The notes beneath the pieces were generated by a model. That model made no database searches. It worked only from the letters and a program-made list of their open reading frames with translations, and was not told the origin of the DNA. A stretch of DNA of 64,000 bases. Origin: Utricularia gibba (lineage: Eukaryota > Plantae > Magnoliophyta). The stretch lies in NCBI GenBank assembly GCA_002189035.1, contig NEEC01000011.1, forward strand, positions 186,001 through 250,000, given 5' to 3'. Position 1 is the first letter of the stretch, and the number at the start of each line of letters is the position of its first letter. Positions 11,403 through 24,819 of the stretch are shown here, piece by piece. A program made the translations under genes and the position numbers.

Positions 11403-12700
11403 CTAGAATTTATTTTTGTTTTCCTCGCTTAAATGTACGTTTATATTTTCAAAAAGGGAAGCACAACGTGTTCGCATCCCTTGAACCGTAGTCTCATCAT
11501 AAAGCAATCTCCACTCCTCTTTAGATATTCTTTCGAAATAGTAATAGGCATCAATCGAATGTCTTGTTATCTCGCTCATGACCATACTGAAATCAGTTTT
11601 GGTTCTAACATAGGAAGCTCTTTTGATCCATTGTCCCAAACCGTTTGATTTCGAATGAACATACGATATACAATTTTTTCTAATATTGAAGTTGCACCAC
11701 CGATGTATGCCATAGGGAGGGCTAAAGCACTTGTAATTGTCATAAGCGTCAATAATCCTAGAAGCACGATCAGAGATGATACAGACATCTTTCCTTTGAC
11801 AAATAACATTATTAGTGAGATTATGGAAGAAAAAATCCCAATCCTCAAATGATTCTCCATATGCGAATGCATAAGCGATTGGGAAGACACAGTTGTTAGC
11901 ATCAACAGCAACGCAAACCAACAACTTGTAGTCGTATCGTCTGTACATGTGAGTTGCATTAATAAAAAGCATGGGTTGACAGTATCGAAATCCTTCAATA
12001 GCAAACCTTAAAGCCCAAAACATATTTCGGAACACCTTCTTCCCATCTAGATCACCACCATGATGTCATATCACAATTGTGACTGGGTTTTGAATGTGAA
12101 GCTTTCTTAGATATCGTAGTAGCTTAGTAGTAGAAGTTTTCCATGTTTCATAGCGAATCTCAAAGGCTCTTGTTATACAACCCTATGTCTGCCAATAGGA
12201 TATCTCATAATACCATTGATGCTTTACATAGACTTGCACAAACTTAACATTTATCTTTCCATCCAAAAGTGCAACCAAACGTGGTGCAATGAATTTGATT
12301 GTATGTTAACATTAGATGTCTCAAGATCAGCTTTAACATTGCAAATATGCGGTTCTACAAGCTTCGAGATCTTCCAAGTGTTAGATTGTGTCTCAAAACC
12401 TGCCCTGAGATAGAATGGACAGTTAGAAGTTTTTTCTTTTGCCTGACGACAAATGCAAGCATATGTCTTTTTATCACTTGCCATCATGCGGGTCTCTCAA
12501 TATGCTATAGAAGTATTGTAGAGAGCAACTGCATCAATAAGGGTCTGTTTATCTGGAAAATGCATCACTTGTCGTAATTGATTTGATTCCTTAGCATATG
12601 AATCATTGTGAACAGATATATCAATATCATTAGCATACAAGTTTGATTTACGTGGCTTCTATTATCATATATCTCATCAACATATATGATAATAGAAACA
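11403..12700 (-). mobile_element. Mutator-like (MuDR/MULE) transposase remnant
   Basis: MuDR N-domain (YACICR..CPFYLRAG..WKISKLVEPHIC) followed by the DDE region (FWALRFAIEGFRYCQPMLFINATHM..VAVDANNCVFPIAYAF..ESFEDWDFF..IISDR). Frameshifts and stops present; no SWIM domain or TIRs found. Confidence 0.9.
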
Positions 12701-13285
12701 TATTCATGATCATTTGAAATAAAAGTTTAAAATACTAAATATTAAATAGAAAATAGTAATGTTAAAAAATATAAAGAGATTAGAGAATTTCACCAACATA
12801 AGAATGTAAAGATGGAAGTCTAATTTATCGTATTTTTGTTAAAAAAAATCGAAAGTCGAATAAAACATATCATTTCATTTGACTTTAATTTTCAATATTT
12901 ATAAAATTCTGAAAATGTTGATTTTTATAAAATATTCAAAATATTACTAAAATGGTATCTTATTGAAAGAATTCTAACCATAAGGAGATGAAGATTCCCA
13001 AAAAAGATCAAATGGCACAACCAAGTCTTGTGTCGGATAATTGTTATTGTTGCACACCTCACTAGTTTGTTTGTTCAAGTTGAACCTCTAATCTGCAATT
13101 GTAAAAAAGTTCATACCATTTTATATTGCAACTTATGATTTAAAACCTCAAAATTTTTCTAAATTTCACGTGGAGCATGACTACTAGAAGTCCCCTCCCA
13201 TCATGGGTTTGTTTGGACAAACAATTGAATTCCATATACCGAATTGGTAGGTAATAAAATATAAGGTAATACGTCGGTACTTGAA

Positions 13286-13315
13286 ATTTCCGTAAAATTC
13301 TCATTTTACGGAAAT
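13286..13315. repeat. Perfect 13-bp inverted repeat with 4-nt loop
   Basis: ATTTCCGTAAAAT-tctc-ATTTTACGGAAAT; probably a DNA-transposon subterminal remnant. Confidence 0.8.
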
Positions 13316-14439
13316 AGCATAATAGAATTTTGCATTTATGGTAAAGTGAAAATGCAAGGGTGATATTTGGAAGTTCATACCTATAATTTCTATAAGTTTA
13401 ACCTTTATGATTTTTACAGGGTCTCTATCATATACATTGTATCCAGATGTATTTTGAATTAGATTTCCTACGTAGCACACTTTGACAAGAATCTTAATCA
13501 TTATCCTTTAATGAAAAAGGAAATTTTAGAAGAGAAATTAATGAAAAAAATTACTTAAAAGTGAATACAATACCTATCACATGCGATTGCCAAATTCTAC
13601 TGTAATATAGCACCACCTGTAGTTGAGAAGTTGAGAAAAAAAGTGAGATGATTCATACTAAGGATAATATGATGGGAACGATTATCATATTTTATATTGT
13701 GTGGCTGTGAATTATAAGGGATAATATGAAGATAAATAAGCGATCGAAGATGGTGCGAATGGGTATCATAAAAACCAAATGAATAATATAAATTTAAATT
13801 TGTATTTTAAATCTTTTTAAATTTTTTTCTTATGTAATATTTAATTTTTTTCTTTAAAATTTATTATTGTAAAATTTAATATTAAAAAATTTCTATAAAA
13901 AACCACATTAATAAAATGAAATAACTGGATGTGGCACATATGCAGCACCCAAAGCTTGGCGCTACTTGTTAAAACAGCCAGCCAATCGTATTTATATAGA
14001 AAAATTATATTAAAAGATGTTTTATAATTCTATTAAATTATAAATTCAATATTAATTTAAAGTATGTTTTTATTATTATATAATAGTTGAAATTTAAATA
14101 ATAATTAGAATTTAATTAAAATGTGGTATTTTATAAATGAAAAATGGAAATTAGGGTATTTCGTAAATATAAAAAAATTAAGTAATTTCATAAAATAAAA
14201 TATATAATTTGTGGTATTAAACTTATTTGTGCATTATTGTACAAATGAATTTATAGATCTAATTATTTTACAAAGAAATATAAAAAAGTAAGTAATTGAC
14301 AAATTAGAACAAAAAATTCCAATTGATTGCAAATGAAAAATTGTAATACATGTAAAATACCAATAAAATAAAAATTTATAATATTTTGTTAATCTCTATC
14401 TTTTGATACGAGTTGGCCCATACCTATGCCTAGGTCTAG

Positions 14440-15580
14440 TTATAACTCATATGCAATTTGATTCTAAGACTATGGCCTCATCACTTATGCTGCACTTCAG
14501 TACAAATCCCGTGTTTGAAGGTACTTGAGACCCATTACTTATACAATTATCCATCAAAGGTTTCTTCATTTCAAATTGCTGTAATGTTTCCTATTGATCA
14601 CTAATCATGCATTGCAATGTAAACTCAAGGTTAACTCTCATCATTATCAAAGATACAAATCACCTTCTTACCTTCATAGAATGTGGTAAGAACTATATTT
14701 GTCTTTTATGCACTAACACTAGTCTCTCTTTTTTGCTCAATAAATTTTTTCTTATAGAACCTCTCAATGTGACTTTGTCTTTACAATAATTGCATATGAT
14801 GTATGGCCAATAGATGCACAATAGATGCACTTCACTGATTCACTTACTTCTGGTTCCTTTTCTAATTATTCACCAAATTTTGGTTCTCTCTTTTTCTATC
14901 CATTTGTGCTATTGTAAAATGCTACATTTTTAGAATGGAGAAGATCAACTTGAGTAATCATCATGGTGATTCTCTTTTCATTGGCTTGGAGTGAACCGAT
15001 AAAATCTCCAAATGTTTGTTTTGCAAAATCCATCTTTAGTTCTTTCCTTAATTTGTTATATTCATCCAATGCACAAACGTGGGCTTAGAAGTTTAGAGGT
15101 AGAGTTGACATTGCCTTCTCCACCAATCTTTCTTCTAATAATGTTCGTGCAAGTGTTTTGATTTCATTAACATGCCGCATAGTTCTATCAAAATAACTTT
15201 GTAATGTTTCAATTTCAAGCATGTGATTAGACTCAAAATCCATCATCTTGTTTCTCATGTCGATTGGCGTAATGTTATCATTTCTATCATAAATTTCCTT
15301 TAACCTATTCCAAATTTCTTTTGTAGATTTGCAGAAAAAAACCTTGTTGAACATCTCTCGAGTTAAGGCTTGGTGCAACACATGCAATGTCTTATATTTA
15401 TTCTCAATCTTCTCACAATAGGTCTTCTTGTCTGCTATAGTTGACTTTTTGTGATTTCTTCAGTCACTTCTTTTCAACTACATCCCACAAGTTGAATGCC
15501 CTTAGGTGAGTAGCCATTGGATGGTCAAGGCGAAATAGTTTTTCCTATAAAAAATTGGAGTTGCACTTTCCATCATGATT
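14440..15580 (-). mobile_element. Ty1/copia gag-protease remnant
   Basis: UBN2-like gag (KSTKEIWNRLKEIY..ETLQSYFDR..VNEIKTL..RLVEKAMSTLP) and a degraded protease motif downstream; many stops. Confidence 0.8.
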
Positions 15581-16033
15581 TATGAGATTATAAAAAACCA
15601 AACTTTATTGCACTAATGTGCACCTCAAAGATCTTCCAACTTTGTTATCATAATAAATTTTGTAAATATGAACTAACGTAAAGTAGATAAAATAGGTGGG
15701 ACTACCTTACTTGATTTTATTTCATTAGAAAATATTGAATGTCCATTTCATAGTTTGATGATTCAGATTTCCGTGCAACTATAACCCTTTGCAATAGAGG
15801 ACTCATTTTGCAAGGGTTTTCAAAACTAATAAATAATATTACATGGTTTTAAAATAGTAGAAATGAAATAGTAAAAATTGAAAATAATTTTTAAATTAAA
15901 TAAAAACTCTAGAACTACCACTAGCAAGTGCTCCATTTTGTTAACTAGCAATGCTAAATCATATCATTTTAATCAAACAAATGTTTAATACTAGATTACT
16001 TATATTTTGATTAAACTTTTGTTGAATACCATC

Positions 16034-16929
16034 TGATGGTAATTCTACAGGTGCACAGAAACCGTCGAAGTAATAAAATAAGATTGTATCCACAGAGAAT
16101 TGTTATTGGAATATTCTTTTCAAAACAAAGAGTTAAAAAGATTGGAAACAAAAGAAAGATTTGGTTTTTGAAGATAATAAGAAAAGTGGCCTTGTATCTA
16201 AAATACATCTTACTTGAAACTCACCCTTGCGTATGTACAAACCTTGAGAACTGACCTGCTTGCACAAGCTTTGGGGTGTTATGTTAAAGTAGTGCTATTC
16301 GATGACCGTTATAGCACCGTCCCTTGTCTTGTGGGATTATGGAATCAACCACGCCACTAGAGCCATTTCACCTCTTGTGATAACTCATGTTTTCCCCACA
16401 CCCAAATCTAACCCCTACACCTCACACCTCGCAGACAGATTAGATAGAATGTGCCTTACCAACGATGTCCGATTGAGCCCTTCCCCTTAGATGCTTGAGA
16501 CCAATCTTTGATTCTCCCACACTCCCTTAGGGTTATATGGTACTAAAGATCACGTTGGTGAAGAAAACGTTGCGACAAACAAAATCAAACCTCAAATTAA
16601 ATGCTGAAAAACATATTAAGACAGTCACGCGCGCAGGACTTGCGCAAGCAAGACTTCATAGCAGATCCTCAGCCGCAAGCGCTCACACACGCATGCTTGA
16701 CTCTAAACAACAAAAGTTGATAAAAAACGAAAGGAAAGGAATCCAAAACATGCTAGACTCGACTCTAAACCCTAGATTGACTCTATGGTCATCCACCACT
16801 TTACCCTTCTTTAAGATATTTATATAATGGTGGAGATTTATCAGGCTTTCTTGATGAGCTCACTTCAAATCTTTTGTCCGAATCTTCTAATATTTGTCGA
16901 GATTTCAAGTGACACAAAATCGCTTATCA
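16034..16929. mobile_element. Solo LTR (family C)
   Basis: TGATGG...CTTATCA flanked by ccatc/acatc (4/5 TSD). Collinear with 56784-57946 but lacks an internal ~270 bp. Confidence 0.85.
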
Positions 16930-17199
16930 ACATCCTACACAAATATAATTTTCCTATTGAATTTACAATGTTCACATTCCCTAAAAGTCTAGGCATTTAA
17001 TCTATGTGTAATATTAGATATTCACAACTCATTAATGGAATTTTGTAAGAATGTTATATCATCCAATCTTGTTAAAAAATGTTGTGAGATCATTTTCAAT
17101 CATCATTTTAAAGTCTAGCCATTTGTTGAAAAATATTGTGAGATCATTTTAAAACAATATTATTCAATCATGAATTTTCTTTTATGCAATATTCTTCTT

Positions 17200-18050
17200 A
17201 ACCATAGATTTATAGCGTTTTTTCTATCATTCTCCTCTTTAGGTCTAGATCCCCCTGCCACAAGCGTTCGGAATCCTTCAAACAACAACAAAAGATGGGT
17301 TTCAAGCAACCCCATAGCTGTTTCACGGACTCATCACCATCGGACCGTCGCAAACAAGACACGGTGTTAGCTGCTGTATACAGGGTGAAAAGGGGACGAT
17401 AATCAAATCATCATCAGAACAAACTGCAATACCATTTTCATTCGCAACTAACGCATGTTGCGTCCAAAGGTGTCCTAAGATTTATGCGTTGCTAATCACT
17501 TGATGATTTTACATCGTGAGAAGAGGTGAACTGGAAAGCCAAGATATGGCAACTCTTTCGGGTCCGTAAAGGATTCAGAAGCAGGTTTCTAGCATCACGA
17601 GAGATGAGAGATCTCAAACCCTCAGCCCAAGTGTTGGAAATGACGAAACTTTCGCATCATCAACATCAATTACAGACCCCTTCACACTGAAACCGCAAAT
17701 GAAGAAAACGCCACATGGAAAAAAAATAATATTAGAAAGGGGGAAATGCAGTGCTCAGAGTTGGCGATTTGGAGATTAGGTTCGATTCTGCCAGCAAGCT
17801 TTCCTCAATTCACTTCAGAAGAGGGAGCTTATCTATCCTCATGGCCAAAGAAAAATTAAATCCCAAAGAGCAGTTTTTGATAGGGAAAAAAACACTGGAA
17901 TATATAGATCATCGCTCGGTTCAGCGGGGTAGTCGACACGCAAGCAAAAATCTCTGAAGAGAGATCAACCTGCATTCCGGTCTGTTGAGCTTGAATTTTC
18001 CGAGTCGTCACAGCGAAAATCATCTCCAAAACTACCCATAGTTTAAAGAA
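17200..18050 (-). pseudogene. Unidentified degraded gene fragment
   Basis: ATG at 18039 (MGSFGDDFRCDDSENSSS..) below a telo-box/site II promoter, with exon-like blocks bounded by GT/AG. Frames are interrupted and no family was recognised. Confidence 0.3.
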
Positions 18051-18187
18051 ACGCAAGAAGAAAAGCAATTGAGGAGGAAAATGAAATTGCCTAGGGATTC
18101 AAAGAGACGCTGGACTACAGGCTAGAGCAGAAGCGGAACCCAAGGGCGGAGGAAATTGCGGCAGCTTTGCCACTATAAAGAGTCTGC

Positions 18188-18289
18188 TTAGGGTTTCAGG
18201 GTTGCATCCTCTGGGCCTCGGCCCGAAATAACGAACAGAAGCCTATGAAGCAAACTCGTAGTCCCACATACAAGACTGCCTATTTAAGG
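18188..18289 (-). promoter_or_regulatory. Telo-box plus site II-type promoter module
   Basis: AAACCCTAA (plus strand TTAGGGTTT, 18188-18196), TGGGCC at 18212-18217, GGCCCG at 18220-18225, and a TA-rich box near 18280. Confidence 0.45.
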
Positions 18290-18920
18290 ACTTGGCCTAA
18301 AAAGATATCTTTTTGCAATTCATGTTTTTGATAGGAAAAACATATTCCTAAATTAAATATCAAAAAACAGTTTTAATAGAAAAAAAAAAACTAAAATATT
18401 TTTCAATTAAATATATAGATATTTTATTTTCTACCTTTATATCTCATGTTAAATTTATTTAAGATATAATCTACCATCATATACTTCTAATTGGTTCCAA
18501 AAAAATCATCCTTTTGCATTCATCCAGGGCAGACTCCATTACCTGATAAGGTGTGCACTGTCCTCCTCACCAACTGGTTGGGTCCTAAACTTGTGCTTGT
18601 TCAAACTCCAAAATGGTCATCAAGGAGTTAGCAATTTTCATCGAAATGGGAGATATATCATCACTAGCATAGATATGGACACACAAGTATACACAAGAGT
18701 AAGTCCAATCTTGCCACCCACTTTATGTGGGTATACATACCACCAAGCGGAACACCAAAAACATAACCAGGTGCAGCATATCCGGCTACACCCATAATCG
18801 GAAAATCAGCCTCCTCTCGAATACCGATTTTCGCCTTCAACATTTTGGTGCCCACCAACTCACTTGAGAAATCCAAGATCTATTATCCCACTTGAGAAAT
18901 CCATAGAAGCAGCTCACCAA

Positions 18921-21199
18921 ACATTTATTATGGCGGAAAACAGCATGGTCACCAACTCACGCAACGAGGGGAGTGCCGGCATACAAGACACCGGCCTCAT
19001 GGCTATCAATAAAGAACAACTCAAAGCCCTTATGATGAAAATCTTCTCCGACCTTAAAGCATCCTCAGGGCTGAACTCCAATGAAAAGGAGAGGACACCT
19101 GAAACCGCACGACGAGCAGAAAAACAACCCCTGATTCCGGAGTATCTTCCAGACACAGAGACCAATCCGAAACCGAGGAGGAGATGTTGCGAAGGAAGAG
19201 GCGCAACCAAGTCATCTATGAGCTAGGAACAGACAGGGGAAATATGATTGGCGAAATCTTAGAAAAAAAGGAAGAAGAGTTAAGGAAAGAACTAAACGAG
19301 ATTCGGGAGAAGAGAAGGCTTATCGGCAGACAAATGCCGCCCAAGGGGAGAGAGAGTAGAGGCTTCAGAAATGCCTTCGACCAGAACGTGTGCACTGGGA
19401 GAGGAGACGTTTTGGCTGATATCGATTTGGCTCTAAGAAGCAGTGTTGAAGAAGTAGCAGGAACCCCAGCACTACGCTTCGACCCCTTCTTGGATGAATT
19501 AATCGGGGAAGAATCGGAGAGGGGATTTAGGGTCCCCGACAGACTACCCACATATGACGGAAAAGGGGACCCCATATCCCATGTAACCGACTTCGACATG
19601 AGGATGGGCACGGTCCGGCATTCGAAAGCCATAAAGTGCAAGCTATTCCCTTGCTTGCTGTAGAAGGAGGCAAAGACTTGGTTCAAGCGGTTAGAACCAT
19701 GTAGTGTGGGATCTTATCGGGAGTTGGTGTTTCTCTTCACTACCCGATACGCTATCAACCTCGAAGCTCCACCTTCAAAGGCATCGATGTACTCTATTCG
19801 GTATGACCACCGAAAAGAGAGCTTCAGAAGATTCATCGATCGATTCAACTGCTTAGTTCAGGATGTTCAACTAGATTTGAAGGAGAGAGTGGAAATAATG
19901 AAGCAAGCCCTAGGAACGTCCAAACTAGGGCAAAGTCTATCTAAGTCCCCACCAAAGAACCTTGGGGAATCACTGAGAAAGATCATGAAATACATTCGAG
20001 TTGATGACGACCTTAGAGCCGAAATGAAGAGCCACGTAGAAATTTGGCCGATCTTGCAGCAAGAAGTGCAGCCCAACAGGGTCCCCCGATCGAAGTGTAT
20101 CTAGTGGAACCGACCAGAACGGACACCTATTGTGAGATACACAAGACAACAGGGCACGATACTGTCGATTTCCATGTGATGAAAAGGATGATCGAGCAGT
20201 ATCATGCTGACGGTGGAATGAATGGTGTGACATGAAACCCCTCAGAAAGGACGGAATGCAAAAGGGGACATCACGAACACCCCAGGAATGAGGGAAACCG
20301 ATATCCAAAATTCCCTCCTAGGCCATCATGAGTTGCCCCACATACCGGTAGAAACCTAACCCCTAAAAGGAGATAGGACAAACCAGAAGGTCCAAGAGAT
20401 GCCAATCAGTTGCAAAACAGCCCCCCTTATATTCGGGAAATCCATATGGTATTCGGGGGCACCGAAATTGATGAATCAGGGAAAGCTAGGAAGAGATATC
20501 TTGATGAAGCTACAAAAGGAGGGGTTGTCGAAATCAGGAAAGATCGGATGGAGAGAGCCGATTGGGAAAAGGAAGAAATCAATTTCTCTTAAAGAGACGT
20601 CCTCGTCGACCCTGTTGCACGAAATGAACCTTTGATGGTAGCTGGAATATGTGGAAGTGCCAAGGTGAGAAGGATCCTCATTTACTAGGAATCCTCCTGC
20701 AATATCATGAAGAAAGAGGTGGCCGAGTTATTCATGTCATCCAAGGAGGGAGATATATGTCCGATCCGCATGGAGTTATATGCTTTCGATCAACGGGCTG
20801 TGTAGACAGTTGGAAAAATAACCTTGTCTGTGACATTCGGTGCTGTAGGATGAAATCGGACGGAAAGGTTGGAATTATTGATACTGGATTCGGAGGTCTC
20901 ATATAGCATCATTCTTGGCCGACCCGGTATCAATCAATTCGGTATGATACCCTCAACTGTGCATCTGAAAGTTAGGTTTCCAACACCAAGAGGCATCTAT
21001 ATGCTGGATATCGAACAACCAGTTGCCCGATCCTGTTATGTGTCTTCCTGCCGAGATCCCTTCGCGAAGAAGCCAAGAATGATGATGGTGGAAAGAGAAT
21101 ATCATGAACCTCCCAGGCAAGCGATGGAATCGGTAGGATACAAAAAATTTCAGTTGGTATTGGAGGATATGCAGAAGATGACCCGCATTGGCACCAACC
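18921..21199 (+). pseudogene. Tat-type gag and aspartic protease remnants
   Basis: LPTYDGKGDPISHVTDF..KAIKCKLFP, ESFRRFIDRFN, YCEIHKTTGHDT knuckle and YSIILGRPGINQFGMIPSTVHLKVRFPTPRGI. Stops and frameshifts present. Confidence 0.85.
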
Positions 21200-22330
21200 T
21201 GTTGGGTTTTTCGTAGACATTGTATGTCTCAAAAGCAGCAGAATTTTAAAAATTTTGATAAACTCGAAACGCAGATCTTGGAATACGGTACACATCAGAC
21301 GAAGGGATGTTCAAAATACCTTTCAGATGACTCCGTTGTTCACCAACCACCAATAGCAGATGGCCTCTATGGTATCCACACGTGGATCACTCCGTCGATA
21401 ATCTTCTCAAGGCTCTTGAATGCTCGTCGAATTTCTAAGGTGCTAGTAGAGAAAAACGCCTCCTTGTAGATCAGTCTCAGAGAGCATGAAGACCTTGGGG
21501 CAAATCTCAAGATTTGAAGCTTTTTGATAGATATTTTTTGTGACATATCAAATCATATCTCCATAAAAATCTTATCTGTTGGAGACATGTATATGTTCCA
21601 AATCATATCTATATGAGATCTTTTATTTTGAGTTAATCAATATTAATCTCAAAATAATTCTCTATTTAATTTATCCACTATACCAATTAATCTCATGTAA
21701 TTGTGTCATTCTATTTTATATCGATGAGTGACTCCATTATTGTGTGTGACCCTATAGGCTTCCTCAATCAAGGTCGTAATAATGGATTTGTTAATTAACT
21801 CTTAATTAGTCAAATCCATCATTATCGATCATGAGTGATGTCTAGCAACATATCATGATCCCCAAGATTAAAGAATAATCAGGTGAACTGATTGAGCCTT
21901 TCCATGACCAGCCACCATGGAATGAACAGCATTCATCATACTTATATCTCATTCGGTACCAGAACATGGGTGTGTGTCTTTGTGATGTATCGAACTTATA
22001 ATTGCATTCAAGCACTAACACTCAATGACCTACTCAAACAATTCGAGTGTCATTACACTAGGCCCAGGACTTACTGTTAGGGAACTCAAAGTGTGCCAGC
22101 TTATCCGTATTTGTGATATGTTTATTTCACAAACACTCTAGCCAGGGAGTTTTTTAACTTGAACATAAATGCTTGAAGAATCTCACATTATGATCTCATC
22201 ATAATTTCTATAGCACATAGATCAAGTAGAGGATTTTATCAATGATGTAAACTTGATCACAATTCAAGGTAAACATCAAAGGATAAGATTTGTCAATGAG
22301 TTGATTGTCTTTAGAACACATACATCAACA
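21200..22330 (-). mobile_element. Copia Angela-like LTR without matching TSD
   Basis: TGTTGGG...CATCAACA, collinear with 41976-43513 minus a ~375-bp segment deleted at a TTAGG microhomology. Flanks caacc/ctggg do not match. Confidence 0.85.
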
Positions 22331-22922
22331 CTGGGGTGATGGAAGAAGCAATTTGTTTGAGGGCATTTCAATTTACTTTGGAAGGAGGAGCAAGGATGTG
22401 GTTTAAATTCCTTGAAGCCAAAAAGCATATCAGATTGGGCTGACATGAAGAAAGCATTCTTGAGCAAATATTTTCCTGCCTCTAAAGCTGAAGAAATTAG
22501 AAAGAAAATCAGTGACATTGAGCAAATGAATGGGGAGTCACTTCATGAGTATTGGGAGAGGTTTAATCAATTGCTTGGATCTTGTCCTCACCATGGTTTT
22601 CAATCTGCTTCCTTGGTCAAATATTTTTATGATGGATTAATGTACACTGATCGATCCATGGTTGATTCAGCAGCAGGGGGATTCATGAGAAAAAAGACAC
22701 CAATCGAAGCTCTTTCTTTGCTTGAGGAGTTGGCTGAGCATTCTAGGCATATTATTAGAAAGCAGACCTCAAACAAGAGAGTATATGAAGTGGAGAGTAA
22801 GCCCAGGGTTTCAGAGATTGATCTCACGAAAAATGTTGCTGCTATGTCAGAAATGATGAAGGGGCTATTCTTATTCCAAGCCAAGAACATGCCGTGCGGA
22901 AGCTGTCACAGAACAGGGCATA
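22331..22922 (+). mobile_element. Athila-like gag fragment
   Basis: ISDWADMKKAFLSKYFPASK..ESLHEYWERFNQLLGSCPHHG..YFYDGL..VDSAAGG..CGSCH. Confidence 0.85.
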
Positions 22923-23778
22923 TGCTTATTACTAAAGAAGCTCACACAAACCATAAATCATACAAATAACACACAAAAATCTAGGTCTACCTGGATTCTT
23001 GTTTTCCCCCGAATCTTTGGTCTACTTCTAATTAGGGTTGTTAAGTTGGATTTCACTACTTCCCCCTCCTGGATCTATCCTGGTTTATTAAAGAAGTGGC
23101 ATGACTTATGGCTGATTAGGTCTAAGGATTGATTAGCATGTTTCTCCCCTTTCACCCTAAGGCACCCCCTAAATACTTAGCCACTCATAACAAGGGAAAG
23201 AAAAACATTTTCATAACCTAGAAACCAAAACATGTTCATGTTGTTGTGCAACAACAAGAAAGAAATATAAACAAAGACAGAAGATGATAAACAGCCCATG
23301 CTAAAAGCTAAATCTATTCCTAATTAGGAATAGTTTTCCTGATAAATGAAAAGTTCAAGTGTAGCTGAAATCTTCTTCTTCGTCCTCCATGGTTCTTCTG
23401 TGACTTTCCCCCCAGAAAACCGTCTCCAATGAGGAGATCTACCTTCTCTCTCCATCTTTTCCCCCTTTTTGTCCAAAATCCTCCTTTTTCTTCTTCTTGG
23501 ATTTTGTATTCTTCTTTTCAGACTTTTTGCCTCATTCTCTGCCACCACACTGTTCATATTCGCCTCCTTGGGATGTGTGTTGCCGACATGTGCTGCATTG
23601 CTCAAATAAAACTATTAGAAGTAAGGTTGGGACTAAATCGATTTAGTCCCAACTAAGACTAAAGAAACACAACTACGATAATTTTCACAAAAACATAGAA
23701 ATAGGCAAGAAAGCTAATTTTTGTAGCACAATATGAGTAATTTCATGTACTCAATCATTAAAAAAATATGTCTTATCA
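22918..23778 (-). mobile_element. Truncated Athila-like LTR (family E)
   Basis: Reverse-collinear with 26283-27157 and collinear with 37559-38328. Breaks at the GCATA site. Confidence 0.8.
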
Positions 23779-23799
23779 GATTCCCCTAAAAACATCAAG

Positions 23800-24340
23800 G
23801 CGCGAGATTTGTACTAAGCCTTTCGTATAGGACTTGACGGGATTTGGAAGAGGACCGATATGTGTCGAAAAGCTTTACTCTAAAGGGTGTTGGAGGATCA
23901 ACCGAGAAGTTCCACCGAAAACCTAGAGAGGGTGCCACCCAGACAAAAGAAGACCACCAATTGTAGTGGGTATCCAGGGCTTTCATAATAAAATTAGGAT
24001 TATCCTTGAATCGGTGAAACTGAAAATGAGATCAACCGTCCATCGAAGACTTTGCTTTACAAACAGCTATTTTGAAAAGCTGAAGAAAGTCTACCAAAGT
24101 CATAGGCGGATCCATACTAGCCGAATAGAATAGAAAGGTAGTGAAGCAAAAGATGGAATACGGCACAAGGCAGTAAAGTGGTATTGCAAAAGTGTAAAGA
24201 AAGCGGACTATCAAGGGATGAAGAGGGAAGCGTAAATCGCTTTCGAAGTAAGCCAGGGCAATCGGTACTCATCTAGAATTGAGTACCAAATGCAAAGAGA
24301 AGGAATGTTTAATTCGCTAGATCTTCTACCCATTTTTGGA
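23800..24340 (-). pseudogene. Antisense ORF remnant of the Tat element (putative gypsy-type transposon domain-like)
   Basis: Minus-strand translation LRFPLHPLIVRFL..LVPYSIFCF..DFLQLF..HYNWWSSFVWV..GFRW resembles the antisense ORFs carried in Tat/Retand 3' regions. Confidence 0.6.
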
Positions 24341-24819
24341 AAAACGAAAGAAGGATCAAACCCTAGAACGAAGCAAAACCCGAAGGAGAGAAGAAATCAA
24401 AAGGAAGAAAGGGAACTCGGTTAAACCCTAAGAAATCAAGTAGGAAGACGAAGACCCAATAGATACCTCTGCAGTTCCGGTGAACATGACGGCAACAAAG
24501 CGATGGACGAACACGACGGAGCATGAACAGCGCTGAAGTCTCGCGGGTGAACAAAGAAAGCCAAGGGGATAAATGACGGGAGGAGCGCATATTTATAAGG
24601 GAGATATTCGGAAGACGAAACAGCGCAACATTTGAGGTGCCCAAAATGAGCGGGAAAAAACACGGAGCACCCGGTAGACGACACGTGGCATAGAGGTCTC
24701 TCTAAATCGGGTTGAGACTTACTCATGGGAAAGCGGCATGCCCGAAATCGGCATAGCAGTGATTCTGATTCACCGACTTGACCTAAAAAGGTCAATATTG
24801 GTAAATTAGAGGGGCTGAA

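Noticed and set aside
14405-14440. Possible Helitron 3' end (GC-rich stretch then CTAG|T)
   Set aside because: The hairpin is weak and no 5' TC end or second copy was found.
17750-17795. tRNA/SINE-like A and B boxes (GGTTCGATTC)
   Set aside because: Spacing of about 26 nt is too short and there is no cloverleaf.
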